A stretch of DNA of 64,000 nt from contig CBDEUK010000002.1 of the NCBI GenBank assembly GCA_965243205.1, forward strand, positions 1,984,001 to 2,048,000, written 5' to 3'. This DNA comes from Gammaproteobacteria bacterium. GTDB lineage: Bacteria; Pseudomonadota; Gammaproteobacteria; Eutrophobiales; Eutrophobiaceae. The notes beneath the pieces are model-generated. The model was not told the DNA's origin. It saw nothing but the letters and a program-made list of their open reading frames with translations, and searched no databases. Both the position numbers and the translations under genes were made by a program. Of this stretch, positions 30,055 to 41,824 are shown one piece after another (within the stretch, counting starts at the first letter, position 1; each line of letters opens with the position of its first letter).

Positions 30055-30516
30055 ATGAAATTAACCACCAAAGGACGTTACGCAGTTACCGCTCTTTTAG
30101 ATGTGGCCTTAAACGATAGTAAAGGCCCTGTATGTTTGGCGGATATTTCTACTCGTCAGGATATTTCAGTGACATACCTTGAGCAGTTATTTAATAAGCT
30201 ACGTAAAAAAGGTTTATTGGAAAGTGTTCGTGGTTCAAAAGGTGGTTATACATTAGCAATTGAACCGGAAGAAATCACGGTTGCGCGAATTATTTATTGT
30301 GTCGATGAGACCATCGATATGACTCGTTGCGGTGGCCAACAAAACTGCCAAGGTGACGTTCGTTGCTTAACCCATGATTTGTGGATGGGCTTGAACCGTC
30401 ATGTCGCGGATTACCTAAACAACATTACCTTGGCAGATTTAATTGAGCAAAACAATGTGAAGTTAGTAGCGCAACGCCAAGACAATATTTTAAAACAAGT
30501 GCAATTTGAAAATTAA
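30055..30516 (+). CDS. iscR: Fe-S cluster regulator IscR
   Basis: MKLTTKGRYAV, YLEQLF, TRC..QNC...RCLTH. Confidence 0.94.
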   Translation: MKLTTKGRYAVTALLDVALNDSKGPVCLADISTRQDISVTYLEQLFNKLRKKGLLESVRGSKGGYTLAIEPEEITVARIIYCVDETIDMTRCGGQQNCQGDVRCLTHDLWMGLNRHVADYLNNITLADLIEQNNVKLVAQRQDNILKQVQFEN

Positions 30517-30878
30517 TGAATATGAGTGAACAACAAATTACATTAACCAATCGTGCAGCAGAACATGTTAAAGCCTTTCTCGCAAAGCAAGAGAATAGTT
30601 TAGGTTTACGTGTTGGTGTTAAACCAACAGGCTGTTCTGGTCAACAGTATGTGATCGAAACGGCTGAAGATATTCATGATCATGATCAATGTTTTGAATC
30701 GAACGGCATTAAACTTATTGTCGATGAACAGAGTATGAAATATCTCGCAGGAACGGAATTGGATTTTATTAAAGAAGGTTTAAATTCACGTTTCCAATTT
30801 AATAACCCCAATGTAACTGATACCTGTGGTTGCGGTGAAAGCTTCACAGTTGATGAAAAGCATGCGAGCAATAATTAG
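30516..30878 (+). CDS. sufA: A-type Fe-S carrier (SufA/IscA)
   Basis: [17 protein letters not shown]. Confidence 0.85.
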   Translation: MNMSEQQITLTNRAAEHVKAFLAKQENSLGLRVGVKPTGCSGQQYVIETAEDIHDHDQCFESNGIKLIVDEQSMKYLAGTELDFIKEGLNSRFQFNNPNVTDTCGCGESFTVDEKHASNN

Positions 30879-30886
30879 GAAATAGT

Positions 30887-32350
30887 ATGGCAAGTGAAAC
30901 CCAAGATGTAGAAGCCCAAGAAATAGATGAGTTCGTACAAAAAGAATACGAACATGGTTTTGTTACCGATATCGATACCGATACCGTTGCTCCAGGTTTG
31001 AACGAAGATGTTATTCGTTTAATTTCAGAAAAGAAAAATGAACCTGAATGGTTATTAGAATGGCGCTTAAAAGCATTTGAACATTGGAAAACTATGGAAG
31101 AACCACAATGGGCACATGTTAATTATGATCCTATTGATTACCAAGCCATCTCATATTACTCAGCACCAAAGAATAAAGAAGATGGTCCAAAGAGTTTGGA
31201 TGAAGTTGATCCAAAATTATTAGAGACTTATGAAAAGTTAGGTATTCCTTTACACGAACAAAAGATGTTAGCTGGTGTTGCAGTTGATGCAGTGTTTGAT
31301 AGTGTTTCAGTTGCGACAACATTTAAAGACAAATTATCTGAAGCAGGTGTTATCTTTTGTTCTTTTTCAGAAGCGGTTCAAGATCATCCTGAATTAGTAA
31401 AACAATATTTAGGTACTGTTGTTCCAACAGCTGATAATTATTTTGCTGCATTAAATTCAGCTGTATTTACCGATGGTTCGTTTTGCTTTATTCCAAAGAA
31501 TACACGCTGCCCTATGGAGCTTTCGACTTACTTTCGTATCAATGCTTCAAACACTGGACAGTTTGAACGCACATTAATTGTTGCTGAAGAAGGTAGTCAT
31601 GTCAGTTATCTTGAAGGCTGTACTGCACCGATGCGCGATGAAAATCAATTGCATGCGGCAGTCGTTGAATTAATTGCATTGGATAATGCAGAGATTAAAT
31701 ACTCTACCGTACAAAACTGGTATCCAGGCGACGAAAATGGTGTTGGTGGTATTTATAACTTTGTGACCAAGCGTGGTGATTGTCGTGGAGTCAATTCGAA
31801 AATCTCTTGGACTCAAGTTGAGACTGGTTCTGCTATTACTTGGAAATATCCATCTTGTATTTTGCGTGGCGATAATTCAGTTGGCGAGTTTTATTCCGTT
31901 GCCGTTGCTAATAACTGTCAAGAAGCTGATACCGGAACCAAGATGATTCATATTGGTAAGAATACTAAGAGCACGATCATCTCTAAAGGTATCTCCGCTG
32001 GTCGCGCACAAAACTCTTATCGTGGTTTAGTCAAAGTGACTAAGAATGCAGACGGCGCGCGTAACTTTACCCAATGTGATTCATTGTTAATGGGTGAACG
32101 TTGTGGTGCTCATACTTTCCCTTATATAGAAGCACAAAATTCTTCTGCACAAATTGAACATGAAGCGACGACATCTAAAATTGGCGAAGACCAATTGTTT
32201 TATTGTATGCAACGTGGCATTTCTGAAGAAGATGCTGTGAACATGATTGTGAATGGTTTTTGTAAAGAAGTATTTAAAGAATTGCCAATGGAGTTTGCGG
32301 TTGAAGCACAAAAACTATTAGGCGTAACTTTAGAAGGTGCTGTTGGATAA
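30887..32350 (+). CDS. sufB: Fe-S assembly protein SufB
   Basis: [33 protein letters not shown]. Confidence 0.98.
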   Translation: MASETQDVEAQEIDEFVQKEYEHGFVTDIDTDTVAPGLNEDVIRLISEKKNEPEWLLEWRLKAFEHWKTMEEPQWAHVNYDPIDYQAISYYSAPKNKEDGPKSLDEVDPKLLETYEKLGIPLHEQKMLAGVAVDAVFDSVSVATTFKDKLSEAGVIFCSFSEAVQDHPELVKQYLGTVVPTADNYFAALNSAVFTDGSFCFIPKNTRCPMELSTYFRINASNTGQFERTLIVAEEGSHVSYLEGCTAPMRDENQLHAAVVELIALDNAEIKYSTVQNWYPGDENGVGGIYNFVTKRGDCRGVNSKISWTQVETGSAITWKYPSCILRGDNSVGEFYSVAVANNCQEADTGTKMIHIGKNTKSTIISKGISAGRAQNSYRGLVKVTKNADGARNFTQCDSLLMGERCGAHTFPYIEAQNSSAQIEHEATTSKIGEDQLFYCMQRGISEEDAVNMIVNGFCKEVFKELPMEFAVEAQKLLGVTLEGAVG

Positions 32351-32379
32351 GTCAGCACATTAATTATTATTATCGATGA

Positions 32380-33141
32380 GTGAGCAAAATGCTAAGCATA
32401 AAAAATTTACAGTGCAAGATAGATGAAAAACAAATTCTAAAAGGTTTGGATTTAGAAGTTAAACCAGGTGAAGTTCACGCCATTATGGGACCTAACGGTT
32501 CGGGTAAAAGTACTTTAGCCAATGTATTAGCTGGACGCGATGGTTATGAAGTGACTAATGGTAGTGTTCAGTTTGAAGAAAAAGATTTATTGGATTTATC
32601 TCCAGAAGAACGTGCACGCGAAGGTGTATTCTTAGCGTTTCAATACCCAGTAGAAATTCCAGGCGTGAATAATGTTTACTTATTAAAAGCAGCCGTGAAT
32701 GCGATACGTAAGCATCGAGGCGAACAAGAGCTGGATGCAATGGAATTTCTTTCCTTAGTGAAAGAAAAAATGAAAGTCGTTAAGTTAAAAGAAGATTTAT
32801 TAAACCGTTCAGTAAACGAAGGTTTTTCTGGCGGTGAAAAGAAACGTAACGAAATCTTTCAAATGGCAGTGTTAGAGCCAAAACTGGCTATCTTAGATGA
32901 AACTGACTCAGGCCTAGACATTGATGCATTAAAAATTGTTTCTGATGGTGTCAACAGTTTACGTAATGAAGAGCGTTCGATTATTTTAGTGACGCACTAT
33001 CAACGACTATTGGATCATATCAAACCTGATTTTGTACATGTGCTAAGCAATGGCAAGATCATTAAATCAGGTGGTCCAGAACTCGCGTTAGAGCTTGAAG
33101 AAAAAGGTTATGATTGGTTAACACAAGAGGCTGCTGCATGA
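32380..33141 (+). CDS. sufC: Fe-S assembly ATPase SufC
   Basis: GPNGSGKST, FSGGEKKR, LDETDSGLDIDA. Confidence 0.98.
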   Translation: MSKMLSIKNLQCKIDEKQILKGLDLEVKPGEVHAIMGPNGSGKSTLANVLAGRDGYEVTNGSVQFEEKDLLDLSPEERAREGVFLAFQYPVEIPGVNNVYLLKAAVNAIRKHRGEQELDAMEFLSLVKEKMKVVKLKEDLLNRSVNEGFSGGEKKRNEIFQMAVLEPKLAILDETDSGLDIDALKIVSDGVNSLRNEERSIILVTHYQRLLDHIKPDFVHVLSNGKIIKSGGPELALELEEKGYDWLTQEAAA

Positions 33142-34463
33142 GTGCTGTTGAGTCATTAAGTGCTGAAGCTAAGCGGGTCCAAGAGAGAATAGGTCAAGAT
33201 GTTCTGACTATTCAACGATCACAGGCTCTGCAAAATTTTGAAAGTAATGGTTTCCCAACTCTAAGAAATGAACATTGGAAATATACCGATCTACGTCGTA
33301 TCGTAAACAAATCATTTTCTATTGATCAAGAAACAGCAAATGTTTCTAAACAAAACATTGATGCTGTTGCTTTTAAAGATTTAGATTGTTATCAGCTTGT
33401 TTTTGTTAATGGTAATTACAATGCAATGTTGTCATCGATTAATAATTTACCAGAAGGCATTATTATAAGTGATTTAAAGACTGCTATTGATGAACATTCT
33501 GAATTAATAGAAAGCAATATGAATCTTTCTAACGATGAGCGCACAGTTGCATTTAGTACATTAAACAGTTCTTTCTTAAACCAAGGTTGCTTTATTCACA
33601 TTGCAGACAACATAGTATTAGATAAACCGATTAATTTATTATATGCATCATCCACACAAGATGAATTGGTTAGCTCTCAACCTAGAAACATTATTGTTTA
33701 TGGAAATAATGCAGAAGCGACCATTATAGAGAGCTATTTTGGTTTAGATGAGTCGAGTTATTTTACTAATAGCGTGACTGAATTAAGTTTAAAGCAAAAT
33801 AGTCGTTGTCAGCATTATAAAATTCAACAAGAAAGTTTGAATGCATATCATGTTGGCAGTTTGAAAGTTTCACAACATAAAGATAGTAAATTGGATTCAC
33901 ATTCTATTTCATTAGGCGCTGCTTTAGCACGTAATGATATTCACAGTCAGTTAAGTGAAGCCGGTGCTGAAATTAATATGAATGGTTTATACGTGACAAA
34001 TAAAAAACAGCATGTTGATAACCATACCTTTGTGGAACACCTAGTACCTCATACGTTTAGCAATCAAATTTATCGTGGTGTGTTAGATGGTCATGGTCGA
34101 GGCGTATTCAATGGTAAAGTGATTGTTCATAAAGATGCACAAAAGATTGAAGCATATCAATCGAACGCTAATTTATTACTTTCTGATACTTCAGAAGTCG
34201 ATACAAAACCTGAACTGGAAATTTACGCAGATGATGTTAAATGTTCACATGGCGCAACTGTTGGGCAACTTGATGAAAACATGTTGTTCTATTTACGCTC
34301 GAGAGCTATTGATGAAGAAACCGCAAAAAGTTTATTAACTTTTGCATTTGCAGAGGAAGTAATTAAAGAGATTAAATTACAAGCTATACGTGAGCGTTTA
34401 GAAAGTAGTGTGATTGGTAAATTACCCGATGCGAATATTATTCAGGAGTTTGCTAATGAGTAG
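33138..34463 (+). CDS. sufD: Fe-S assembly protein SufD
   Basis: EHWKYT, KPELEIYADDVKCSHGAT; ATGA overlap with sufC. Confidence 0.96.
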   Translation: MSAVESLSAEAKRVQERIGQDVLTIQRSQALQNFESNGFPTLRNEHWKYTDLRRIVNKSFSIDQETANVSKQNIDAVAFKDLDCYQLVFVNGNYNAMLSSINNLPEGIIISDLKTAIDEHSELIESNMNLSNDERTVAFSTLNSSFLNQGCFIHIADNIVLDKPINLLYASSTQDELVSSQPRNIIVYGNNAEATIIESYFGLDESSYFTNSVTELSLKQNSRCQHYKIQQESLNAYHVGSLKVSQHKDSKLDSHSISLGAALARNDIHSQLSEAGAEINMNGLYVTNKKQHVDNHTFVEHLVPHTFSNQIYRGVLDGHGRGVFNGKVIVHKDAQKIEAYQSNANLLLSDTSEVDTKPELEIYADDVKCSHGATVGQLDENMLFYLRSRAIDEETAKSLLTFAFAEEVIKEIKLQAIRERLESSVIGKLPDANIIQEFANE

Positions 34464-35703
34464 TGTGATTTCTGAATTGCCATCGACATTTAATGTAGAT
34501 GATATTCGTAAAGATTTTCCCATTTTACAACAACAGGTAAACGGTAAACCATTAATTTATTTAGATAATGCAGCGTCCTCTCAAAAACCTTCTTGTGTCA
34601 TTGAAACATTAGATAAATATTATCGAGAATATAATTCTAATATTCATCGTGGCGTTCATAAGCTTAGTGAACTTGCTACGGTAGAATATGAGAAAGTACG
34701 CGATAAAATAAAACAGTTTATTCATGCAGATTCAATCAAAGAAATTATCTTCGTTCGAGGTGCAACAGAGGGTATTAACCTAGTAGCGCAAAGTTATGCG
34801 CGTAACGTTTTAACAGTTGGTGATGAAGTTATTATTACTGAATTGGAACATCACTCAAACATTGTTCCGTGGCAAATGGTATGCGAACAAACAGGTGCAA
34901 CTTTAAAATATGTTCCTATTAATGATACTGGTGAGCTTATTCAAGATGAATATGAAAAACTATTATCGAATAAAACGAAATTAGTTGCTCTAGGGCATAT
35001 ATCAAATGCCTTGGGTACGATTAATCCAGTTAAAGAGATGATTGCTAAAGCGCATGCAGTTGGTGCAAAAGTATTAGTCGATGGGGCTCAATCGGTACCG
35101 CATACTGTTGTTGATATGCAAGATCTTGATTGTGATTTTTTTGTTTTTTCTGGACATAAAATGTTTGGTCCTACGGGTATTGGTGTTTTATATGGTAAAC
35201 AATCATTACTCGAAGCTATGCCTCCGTATCATGGTGGTGGCGATATGATCCGTACTGTGAGCATGGAAAAAAGTACCTATGCACCTCTGCCAAATAAATT
35301 TGAAGCAGGTACACCACACATAGCAGGAGTGATTGGTTTAGGCAGTGCGGTTGACTATATGCAATCAGTCGGCGTGGAAAACATTGCTCAATACGAGCAT
35401 GAATTATTGGAATATGCTAATCAGCTTGCGCCTGACATTGCCGGTTTAAAACAAATCGGTACAGCTAAAGACAAAGCCAGCATATTTTCTTTTGTTTTGG
35501 AAAACATCCATCCGCATGATATGGGGACCATTCTTGATTCGGAAGGTGTAGCGATTCGTGCTGGTCATCATTGTGCGATGCCAGTGATGGAACGTTTTAA
35601 ACTTCCAGCAACTGCTCGCGCATCGTTTGCTTTTTATAATACCAAAGCTGAAATTGATGTTTTATTTAAAGCAATAGAAAAATGCAAAAGCATTTTTGGT
35701 TAA
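34456..35703 (+). CDS. sufS: Cysteine desulfurase SufS
   Basis: YLDNAASSQKP, FSGHKM, RAGHHCAMP. Confidence 0.96.
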   Translation: MSSVISELPSTFNVDDIRKDFPILQQQVNGKPLIYLDNAASSQKPSCVIETLDKYYREYNSNIHRGVHKLSELATVEYEKVRDKIKQFIHADSIKEIIFVRGATEGINLVAQSYARNVLTVGDEVIITELEHHSNIVPWQMVCEQTGATLKYVPINDTGELIQDEYEKLLSNKTKLVALGHISNALGTINPVKEMIAKAHAVGAKVLVDGAQSVPHTVVDMQDLDCDFFVFSGHKMFGPTGIGVLYGKQSLLEAMPPYHGGGDMIRTVSMEKSTYAPLPNKFEAGTPHIAGVIGLGSAVDYMQSVGVENIAQYEHELLEYANQLAPDIAGLKQIGTAKDKASIFSFVLENIHPHDMGTILDSEGVAIRAGHHCAMPVMERFKLPATARASFAFYNTKAEIDVLFKAIEKCKSIFG

Positions 35704-35725
35704 TAAATTCAGAGTAAATAATAAA

Positions 35726-36175
35726 ATGTTTGATTTACAAGATTTATATCAAGAAGTCATTGTTGATCATAATCGTAGCCCTCGTAACTTCGGTAAACTT
35801 GAAGATGCAACTGTGATGTTAGAAGGTTTTAACCCTTTGTGTGGTGATCGATTAACCTTATATTTGAAATCTGCAAATGACATTATTGAGGATGTACATT
35901 TTGATGGTTCTGGCTGTGCCATCTCGGTTGCTTCTGCGTCTTTAATGACTGAAGCGATGAAGGGCAAAACAATAGAACAAGCACAAGAAATCTTTAAAAA
36001 CTTTCATGATATGGTGACAAGTGAAGGAGAAGAAGTTGATATGGAAAAACTCGGTAAGCTTGCTGCACTGGCTGGCGTAAAAGAATATCCGAGTCGAATT
36101 AAATGCGCGACTTTATGTTGGCATACGTTGAATTCAGCTTTAAGTGGTAAAGACGAGCCAGTCAGTACGGAATAA
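35726..36175 (+). CDS. sufU: SufU-type Fe-S scaffold/sulfurtransferase
   Basis: LYQEVIVDH, NPLCGD, GCAIS, RIKCATL. Confidence 0.93.
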   Translation: MFDLQDLYQEVIVDHNRSPRNFGKLEDATVMLEGFNPLCGDRLTLYLKSANDIIEDVHFDGSGCAISVASASLMTEAMKGKTIEQAQEIFKNFHDMVTSEGEEVDMEKLGKLAALAGVKEYPSRIKCATLCWHTLNSALSGKDEPVSTE

Positions 36176-36177
36176 TC

Positions 36178-36750
36178 ATGAGTACATACAATAATAATTA
36201 TGAACCAATCACTGTGATGCGTGATTGTGATGCAGTATTAATTCCTGCAGGTACCCCTATCACCTTACCCGAAGGTTCAGTGGTTTTTATCACTCAAGCC
36301 TTAGGTGGTTCTTATACAGTGAATGTGAATGGCAATTTAGCCAGAGTTGCTCCGCAAGATGCTGATGCTTTGGGTTTTGATAAAGATGAGCAAATTTCTG
36401 AACTAGTCATCGACAAAGAGCTGGTCGGTGATGGTTCCGTGAATGAAGATGAGATTTGGGAACAATTAAAAACCTGCTATGACCCTGAGATTCCAATCAA
36501 TATTGTCGAGCTAGGGTTAATCTACGAATGTAATATCACGCCGCTCGGTGCCGATGGTAATAAGGTCGATATATTAATGACTCTAACAGCGGTTGGTTGT
36601 GGTATGGGACAGTTCTTAGCGGATGATGTTAAAGCCAAAGTGGCTTCCGTTCAAAACGTAACCGATGTGAATGTTGAATTAACATTTGACCCTCCATGGT
36701 CTCAAGAAATGATGTCTGAAGCAGCTAAAATTCAAACAGGTCTATACTAA
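36178..36750 (+). CDS. sufT: SufT (DUF59) Fe-S maturation protein
   Basis: ITQALGGS, YDPEIPINIVELGL, TLTAVGCGMG, FDPPW. Confidence 0.92.
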   Translation: MSTYNNNYEPITVMRDCDAVLIPAGTPITLPEGSVVFITQALGGSYTVNVNGNLARVAPQDADALGFDKDEQISELVIDKELVGDGSVNEDEIWEQLKTCYDPEIPINIVELGLIYECNITPLGADGNKVDILMTLTAVGCGMGQFLADDVKAKVASVQNVTDVNVELTFDPPWSQEMMSEAAKIQTGLY

Positions 36751-36776
36751 ACATAAAAATAATAAAGAGAAAAATA

Positions 36777-37115
36777 ATGGAAATGTGGTTTGATGTGGCT
36801 CCAGTTGATGAATTGAAACCAGGCCAGGCTAAAATGATTGATGCCGACGATGTGTTTATTGCTGTATATAATGTCGATGGCGAATATTATGCGCTTGAGG
36901 ACACTTGTACACATGATAATGTGCCGATTTTGGCATGTGGCTTACCATTAGAAGAGACAATAGATGGTGATCAAATTATTTGCCCTCGTCATGGCGCACG
37001 GTTTGAAATAAAAACCGGTAAAGCCTTAACACCTCCAGCATATGAAGATGTCAGCACATTTCCCGTGCGAATTGAAAACGGCATGGTTCAAGTTAGAGAT
37101 AATCGCTGGGATTAG
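36777..37115 (+). CDS. Rieske-type ferredoxin
   Basis: CTH...CPRHGARF. Confidence 0.9.
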   Translation: MEMWFDVAPVDELKPGQAKMIDADDVFIAVYNVDGEYYALEDTCTHDNVPILACGLPLEETIDGDQIICPRHGARFEIKTGKALTPPAYEDVSTFPVRIENGMVQVRDNRWD

Positions 37116-37198
37116 CCTTAAAAATACCTCATTTTCAATGTTTTAGCGTATAATCGCGACAAATAATAAATTTGTATACGAAATTTTGAGGAAAACAA

Positions 37199-37636
37199 AT
37201 GGCAGTAACCCAAACCCTATCAATCATCAAACCGGATGCCGTACGAAATAATCATATTGGTGGCATTTATAAGATGCTTGAGAATAATGAGCTTAATATC
37301 GTCGCAGCGAAGATGATGCATTTATCGGAAGAGAAAGCTAAACAATTCTATGCTGAACATGACGGTAAACATTTTTTTGATTCACTGATTAATTTCATGA
37401 CATCTGGTCCGATTATGGTTCAGGTGCTAGCAGGCGAAGATGCTATTACGCGCTATCGTAAACTTATGGGAGCAACCAATCCAATGGAAGCTGAGCCAGG
37501 AACGATTCGTGGTGAGTTTTCGGCTAAAGAAAATATGACTGAAAATGCAGTACATGGTTCGGACAGTGAAGAATCTGCAGCAAGAGAGAGTGCGTTTTTC
37601 TTTTCATCTGACGAGATATTTGCAAACAGACTATAA
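37199..37636 (+). CDS. ndk: Nucleoside diphosphate kinase
   Basis: [27 protein letters not shown]. Confidence 0.97.
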   Translation: MAVTQTLSIIKPDAVRNNHIGGIYKMLENNELNIVAAKMMHLSEEKAKQFYAEHDGKHFFDSLINFMTSGPIMVQVLAGEDAITRYRKLMGATNPMEAEPGTIRGEFSAKENMTENAVHGSDSEESAARESAFFFSSDEIFANRL

Positions 37637-37644
37637 TCATCAGA

Positions 37645-38736
37645 ATGAATACACAAACCAATTTGCTGAATTTTGATCGAAGTTCGATGGCGAACTACTT
37701 TGCTTCGACTGGAGAAAAGCCGTTTCGTGCAAACCAGATCATGCAATGGATACATCAAAAAGGTGTGACTGATTTTCAGCAGATGACCAATATTAGTATA
37801 GCCTTGCGTGATAGTTTAGAACAATCTGCCAATATTGTGTTTCCAGAAATTATTCATGAACAAGTTTCAAAGGATGGCACTTATAAATGGTTGATGAATG
37901 TCGATGGTGGAGGCAATAGTGTTGAAACGGTTTTTATTCCAGAAGAAAATCGTGGCACTTTATGTATCTCTTCACAAATTGGTTGTCCCTTGGACTGCCA
38001 GTTTTGTTCAACAGCGAAACAAGGTTTTAATCGCAATCTAAGTACTGCTGAAATTATTGCACAACTATGGTTAGCGAATGAACGTTTAGGTTCTTTTAAT
38101 GATCAACAACGTCGTATTACCAATGTAGTTATGATGGGTATGGGTGAACCATTACTGAATTTTGATAACGTTGTGCCAGCATTAGAAATCATGAAAGATG
38201 ATTTAGCATATAACTTATCAAGAAGAAGAGTTACAGTCAGTACCGCTGGTTTAGTGCCAGGCATAGATCGATTAGCGCAATCTACAGAAGTCGCGTTAGC
38301 GGTTTCATTACATGCACCGAATAATGAGTTACGCGATCAGATAGTACCGATCAATAAAACCTATCCGCTGGAAGAACTCTTGGCAGCGTGCAGTCGATAT
38401 GCCAAGATACATGGAGGCGAATCGATTACATTTGAATACGTTATGTTAGATGGTGTGAATGATCATTTAGTACATGCTAAACAGCTTGCAAAAGTGTTGT
38501 CTGGCTTGCCTGCAAAAATTAATCTGATTCCGTTTAATCCTTTCCCTGGTGCAGATTATCGATGTTCATCAAATACCGCGATTACAAAATTTAAAGAGCA
38601 ATTATTGAAGAAAGGTTTCATTACTACAGTACGTAAAACCCGCGGTGATGATATTGATGCTGCATGTGGTCAGCTTGTTGGAAAAGTGCTTGCAAAGGCC
38701 AAACGTCATCAAACAAAACTAGATTGTTCAAAATGA
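37645..38736 (+). CDS. rlmN: 23S rRNA/tRNA A2503/A37 methyltransferase
   Basis: [28 protein letters not shown]. Confidence 0.97.
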   Translation: MNTQTNLLNFDRSSMANYFASTGEKPFRANQIMQWIHQKGVTDFQQMTNISIALRDSLEQSANIVFPEIIHEQVSKDGTYKWLMNVDGGGNSVETVFIPEENRGTLCISSQIGCPLDCQFCSTAKQGFNRNLSTAEIIAQLWLANERLGSFNDQQRRITNVVMMGMGEPLLNFDNVVPALEIMKDDLAYNLSRRRVTVSTAGLVPGIDRLAQSTEVALAVSLHAPNNELRDQIVPINKTYPLEELLAACSRYAKIHGGESITFEYVMLDGVNDHLVHAKQLAKVLSGLPAKINLIPFNPFPGADYRCSSNTAITKFKEQLLKKGFITTVRKTRGDDIDAACGQLVGKVLAKAKRHQTKLDCSK

Positions 38737-39506
38737 AAAAAATTATCAAACTTAGTCCATTATTAATTTCATTCGTTTTAACGGCTTGTGCACCAGCTGC
38801 ACCAAACTCGAGTAATGTAAAACCGACTCAAACGTCTAATAGTGAAATTGCAATTGCAAACTTACGTTTAGGTACGGCTTATATGGAAAAAGGTGAGTAT
38901 GAAAAATCTTTACAGAAGTTGAATAAAGCACTTAAAGCCGATCCTGATTATCATGCAACATTAAATGTTTTAGGTGTTTTACATCAACGCATGGGTGAAA
39001 AAGACTTAGCTGAGCAATATTTTAAAAAATCATTAAATAAAAGTCCCAGTCAACCATCTACTTTAAATAATTATGGCCAGTTTTTATGTTCCATTGCTAG
39101 ATATGAAGAAGCCGAACAGTCATTTTTAAAAGCAGCAAATAATCCTTTATATCCGTCTCCAGAGATTGCCAATACGAATGCTGGTACCTGTGCAATGCGC
39201 AATAAACTCTATGACAAAGCAGAAGGTTTTTTTAGACAAGCCTTAGAACAAAATCCACGAGTGCCTGCAGCATTAATACAAATGGCTGAAATTAATGTAA
39301 TTCAAGAAAACTATTTATCGGCTAGGGCTTACATTCAACGTTATTCTCAAGTTGCTCGTCATAATGCAAAAAGTCTTTGGCTTGGTGTACAAACGGAAAG
39401 TAAATTAGGTGATAGCGATGCTATGTCTAGTTACGCTTTATTATTAAAGAATAGTTTTCCAGATAGTGAAGAAACTAAACTACTACTACAATCAGGATTG
39501 TTGTAG
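38733..39506 (+). CDS. pilW: Type IV pilus TPR lipoprotein PilW/PilF
   Basis: Lipobox LTAC, TPR repeats, NNYGQFLC; position between rlmN and rodZ. Confidence 0.88.
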   Translation: MKKIIKLSPLLISFVLTACAPAAPNSSNVKPTQTSNSEIAIANLRLGTAYMEKGEYEKSLQKLNKALKADPDYHATLNVLGVLHQRMGEKDLAEQYFKKSLNKSPSQPSTLNNYGQFLCSIARYEEAEQSFLKAANNPLYPSPEIANTNAGTCAMRNKLYDKAEGFFRQALEQNPRVPAALIQMAEINVIQENYLSARAYIQRYSQVARHNAKSLWLGVQTESKLGDSDAMSSYALLLKNSFPDSEETKLLLQSGLL

Positions 39507-39508
39507 AT

Positions 39509-40426
39509 ATGACTGATAAACCTGAACAGGCTAAGTTAAGTCTTGATACACCAGGACAGCTTTTGCGTGATGCGCGTGAAGCTAAACAGCTTGAACAAAC
39601 TGATGTCAGTCAACGTTTGAGACTAAATATCGACATTATTGATGCAGTTGAGAATGATGATTATGAACGTCTTTCTGTACCAACATATGTACGGGGTTAT
39701 TTAAGAAGCTATGCTAAATTAGTGGATGTTGATGATGAGTCATTAATTGGTCTTTATAATAGCTTTTTAGAAAATGATAACGATCCAGAAATTATTCCCG
39801 AAGTTTCTCAAAAATCACAAATTTCTAGTAGTGACAAACCCGTTAAAATAGTTACGTATCTCATTTCATTTGCTTTGATACTTTTGCTATTAGCATGGTG
39901 GCAAAGTAAATATTTAATTAGTGAAGACAAAGAGGTCATGGCAACAGAATCTGAAACTACGAATACAAATGATTCTGAAGGCGTTAAACCTGCGTTCAAT
40001 TATAGTTATAACATTATTACTCATCCAGATAATTTCAGTGTTGAAGTAGCAGAGACTAAACAAAGTTTTGAACAAGATACTATCTTGAATGAAACACCTA
40101 CAATTCAAACAGTTGATTCAATTGTTCCATCAGTTGATACAGTTAATGACTCAACAGTAATAAGTTCGAATCCATCGTCTGGTGAGACGGGTAAATTAAA
40201 ATTATTCGTTGATAAAGAATCCTGGATAGAAGTTTATAATACGAATGATAGGAAATTATTTCAGAAACTTGCGCAGCCAGGTTCTGTGGTAAATATTACT
40301 GGATTAACCCCACTTTCAGTCTTAATCGGTTTTGCCGACGGTGTTCGCGTTGAATTTGATGGCAAAGCAGTTGATACGGTGCCGTTCACACGGGCTAACG
40401 TTGCCCGCTTAACATTAGGCGAGTAG
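39509..40426 (+). CDS. rodZ: Cytoskeleton protein RodZ
   Basis: PGQLLRDARE HTH, YVRGYLRSYA, TM helix, SWIEV C-terminal domain. Confidence 0.9.
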   Translation: MTDKPEQAKLSLDTPGQLLRDAREAKQLEQTDVSQRLRLNIDIIDAVENDDYERLSVPTYVRGYLRSYAKLVDVDDESLIGLYNSFLENDNDPEIIPEVSQKSQISSSDKPVKIVTYLISFALILLLLAWWQSKYLISEDKEVMATESETTNTNDSEGVKPAFNYSYNIITHPDNFSVEVAETKQSFEQDTILNETPTIQTVDSIVPSVDTVNDSTVISSNPSSGETGKLKLFVDKESWIEVYNTNDRKLFQKLAQPGSVVNITGLTPLSVLIGFADGVRVEFDGKAVDTVPFTRANVARLTLGE

Positions 40427-40463
40427 TAAAACAATAAAATTAATTTTCCAAGAGGTATCTTGA

Positions 40464-41738
40464 GTGTCTGGCAAGTTACAAGCCATCCGCGGTATGCGCG
40501 ATCTATTACCACCTGAAACACATCAGTGGCGATGTTTAGAAGAACTAACTCAATCGTTATTTGAACGCTATGGTTATCAAGAAATACGTACCCCAATACT
40601 AGAAAAAACTGAATTATTTCATCGTTCGATTGGTGAATTAACAGATATCGTCTCCAAAGAGATGTATAGCTTTGATGATAAAAATGGCGATGGCTTAACT
40701 TTAAGACCAGAGGGCACAGCTTCAACTGTCCGCGCAGGCATTGAACATGGGTTGTTTAGTAACCAGCAAGTCCAAAAACTTTGGTATCGTGGCCCTATGT
40801 TTCGTCATGAAAGGCCACAATTAGGTCGCCAACGTCAGTTTCATCAAATAGGTGTCGAGGCATTTGGGCTTGAAGGGCCAGATATCGATGCAGAACTTTT
40901 ATTAATGACAGCACGTCTGTGGCAAGAATTAAACATTCAAGACGTTAGTCTCGAAATTAATAGTCTAGGTACTACGGAATCAAGAGCCAGCTATCGAGAA
41001 AAGCTGATAGAGTATTTTTCTAATAATAAAGATCAACTAGACGAAGATAGTCTTAAGCGGCTGGAGAAAAATCCGTTAAGAATACTGGATAGCAAGAATC
41101 CTGATTTAAGTGAATTAATTAAGCAAGCGCCCGAATTTTTTGATTACATAGATGATGAATCGAAAGCGCATTTCGATACTTTATGTGAATATTTATCGGA
41201 TAATAATGTTGAATATATCGTGAACCCAAGGTTGGTCAGAGGGCTTGATTACTACAGTAAAACTGTATTTGAATGGGTGACTGAGCAGCTTGGTGCACAA
41301 GGGACTATTTGCGCGGGTGGGCGCTACGATGGGTTAGTTACACAATTTTCAGCAAAACCAACTCCAGCTATTGGATTTGCAATGGGTGTTGAGAGAATCA
41401 TGGGCCTGTTAGAAGCAAATCAGCAAAAATTCCCTGAGTATATTCCAAGCGCATACTTAATTTGTGTAGGAGATGGAGCCAGCAAACAAGGAATCCAATT
41501 GGCTGAGAAAATACGCTCAGAGTTAAACAATTTTTCACTAATATGCCATCACGGAGGCGGTAGTTTTAAAAGTCAGTTTAAAAAAGCTGATAAAAGTGGG
41601 GCAAAACTAGCTCTCATTTTGGGAGAGGTTGAGGTTCAAAATCAGACAATAGGCATCAAATTTTTGCGCGAAGACAAGGAGCAAATTACCTGTGCTCAGT
41701 CTGAACTTACTGCAAAATTAAGCGATCTAATTGTCTAA
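40464..41738 (+). CDS. hisS: Histidine-tRNA ligase
   Basis: LRPEGTA, FRHERPQ.GR.RQF, VRGLDYY, GGRYD. Confidence 0.98.
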   Translation: MSGKLQAIRGMRDLLPPETHQWRCLEELTQSLFERYGYQEIRTPILEKTELFHRSIGELTDIVSKEMYSFDDKNGDGLTLRPEGTASTVRAGIEHGLFSNQQVQKLWYRGPMFRHERPQLGRQRQFHQIGVEAFGLEGPDIDAELLLMTARLWQELNIQDVSLEINSLGTTESRASYREKLIEYFSNNKDQLDEDSLKRLEKNPLRILDSKNPDLSELIKQAPEFFDYIDDESKAHFDTLCEYLSDNNVEYIVNPRLVRGLDYYSKTVFEWVTEQLGAQGTICAGGRYDGLVTQFSAKPTPAIGFAMGVERIMGLLEANQQKFPEYIPSAYLICVGDGASKQGIQLAEKIRSELNNFSLICHHGGGSFKSQFKKADKSGAKLALILGEVEVQNQTIGIKFLREDKEQITCAQSELTAKLSDLIV

Positions 41739-41824
41739 AACGCAGCTAAAATGCTGAATCTTTCATTGATTATCGGCACTAGCATCATTATGATCCGACA
41801 GCTTAGAAATACGAGGACACAGTT

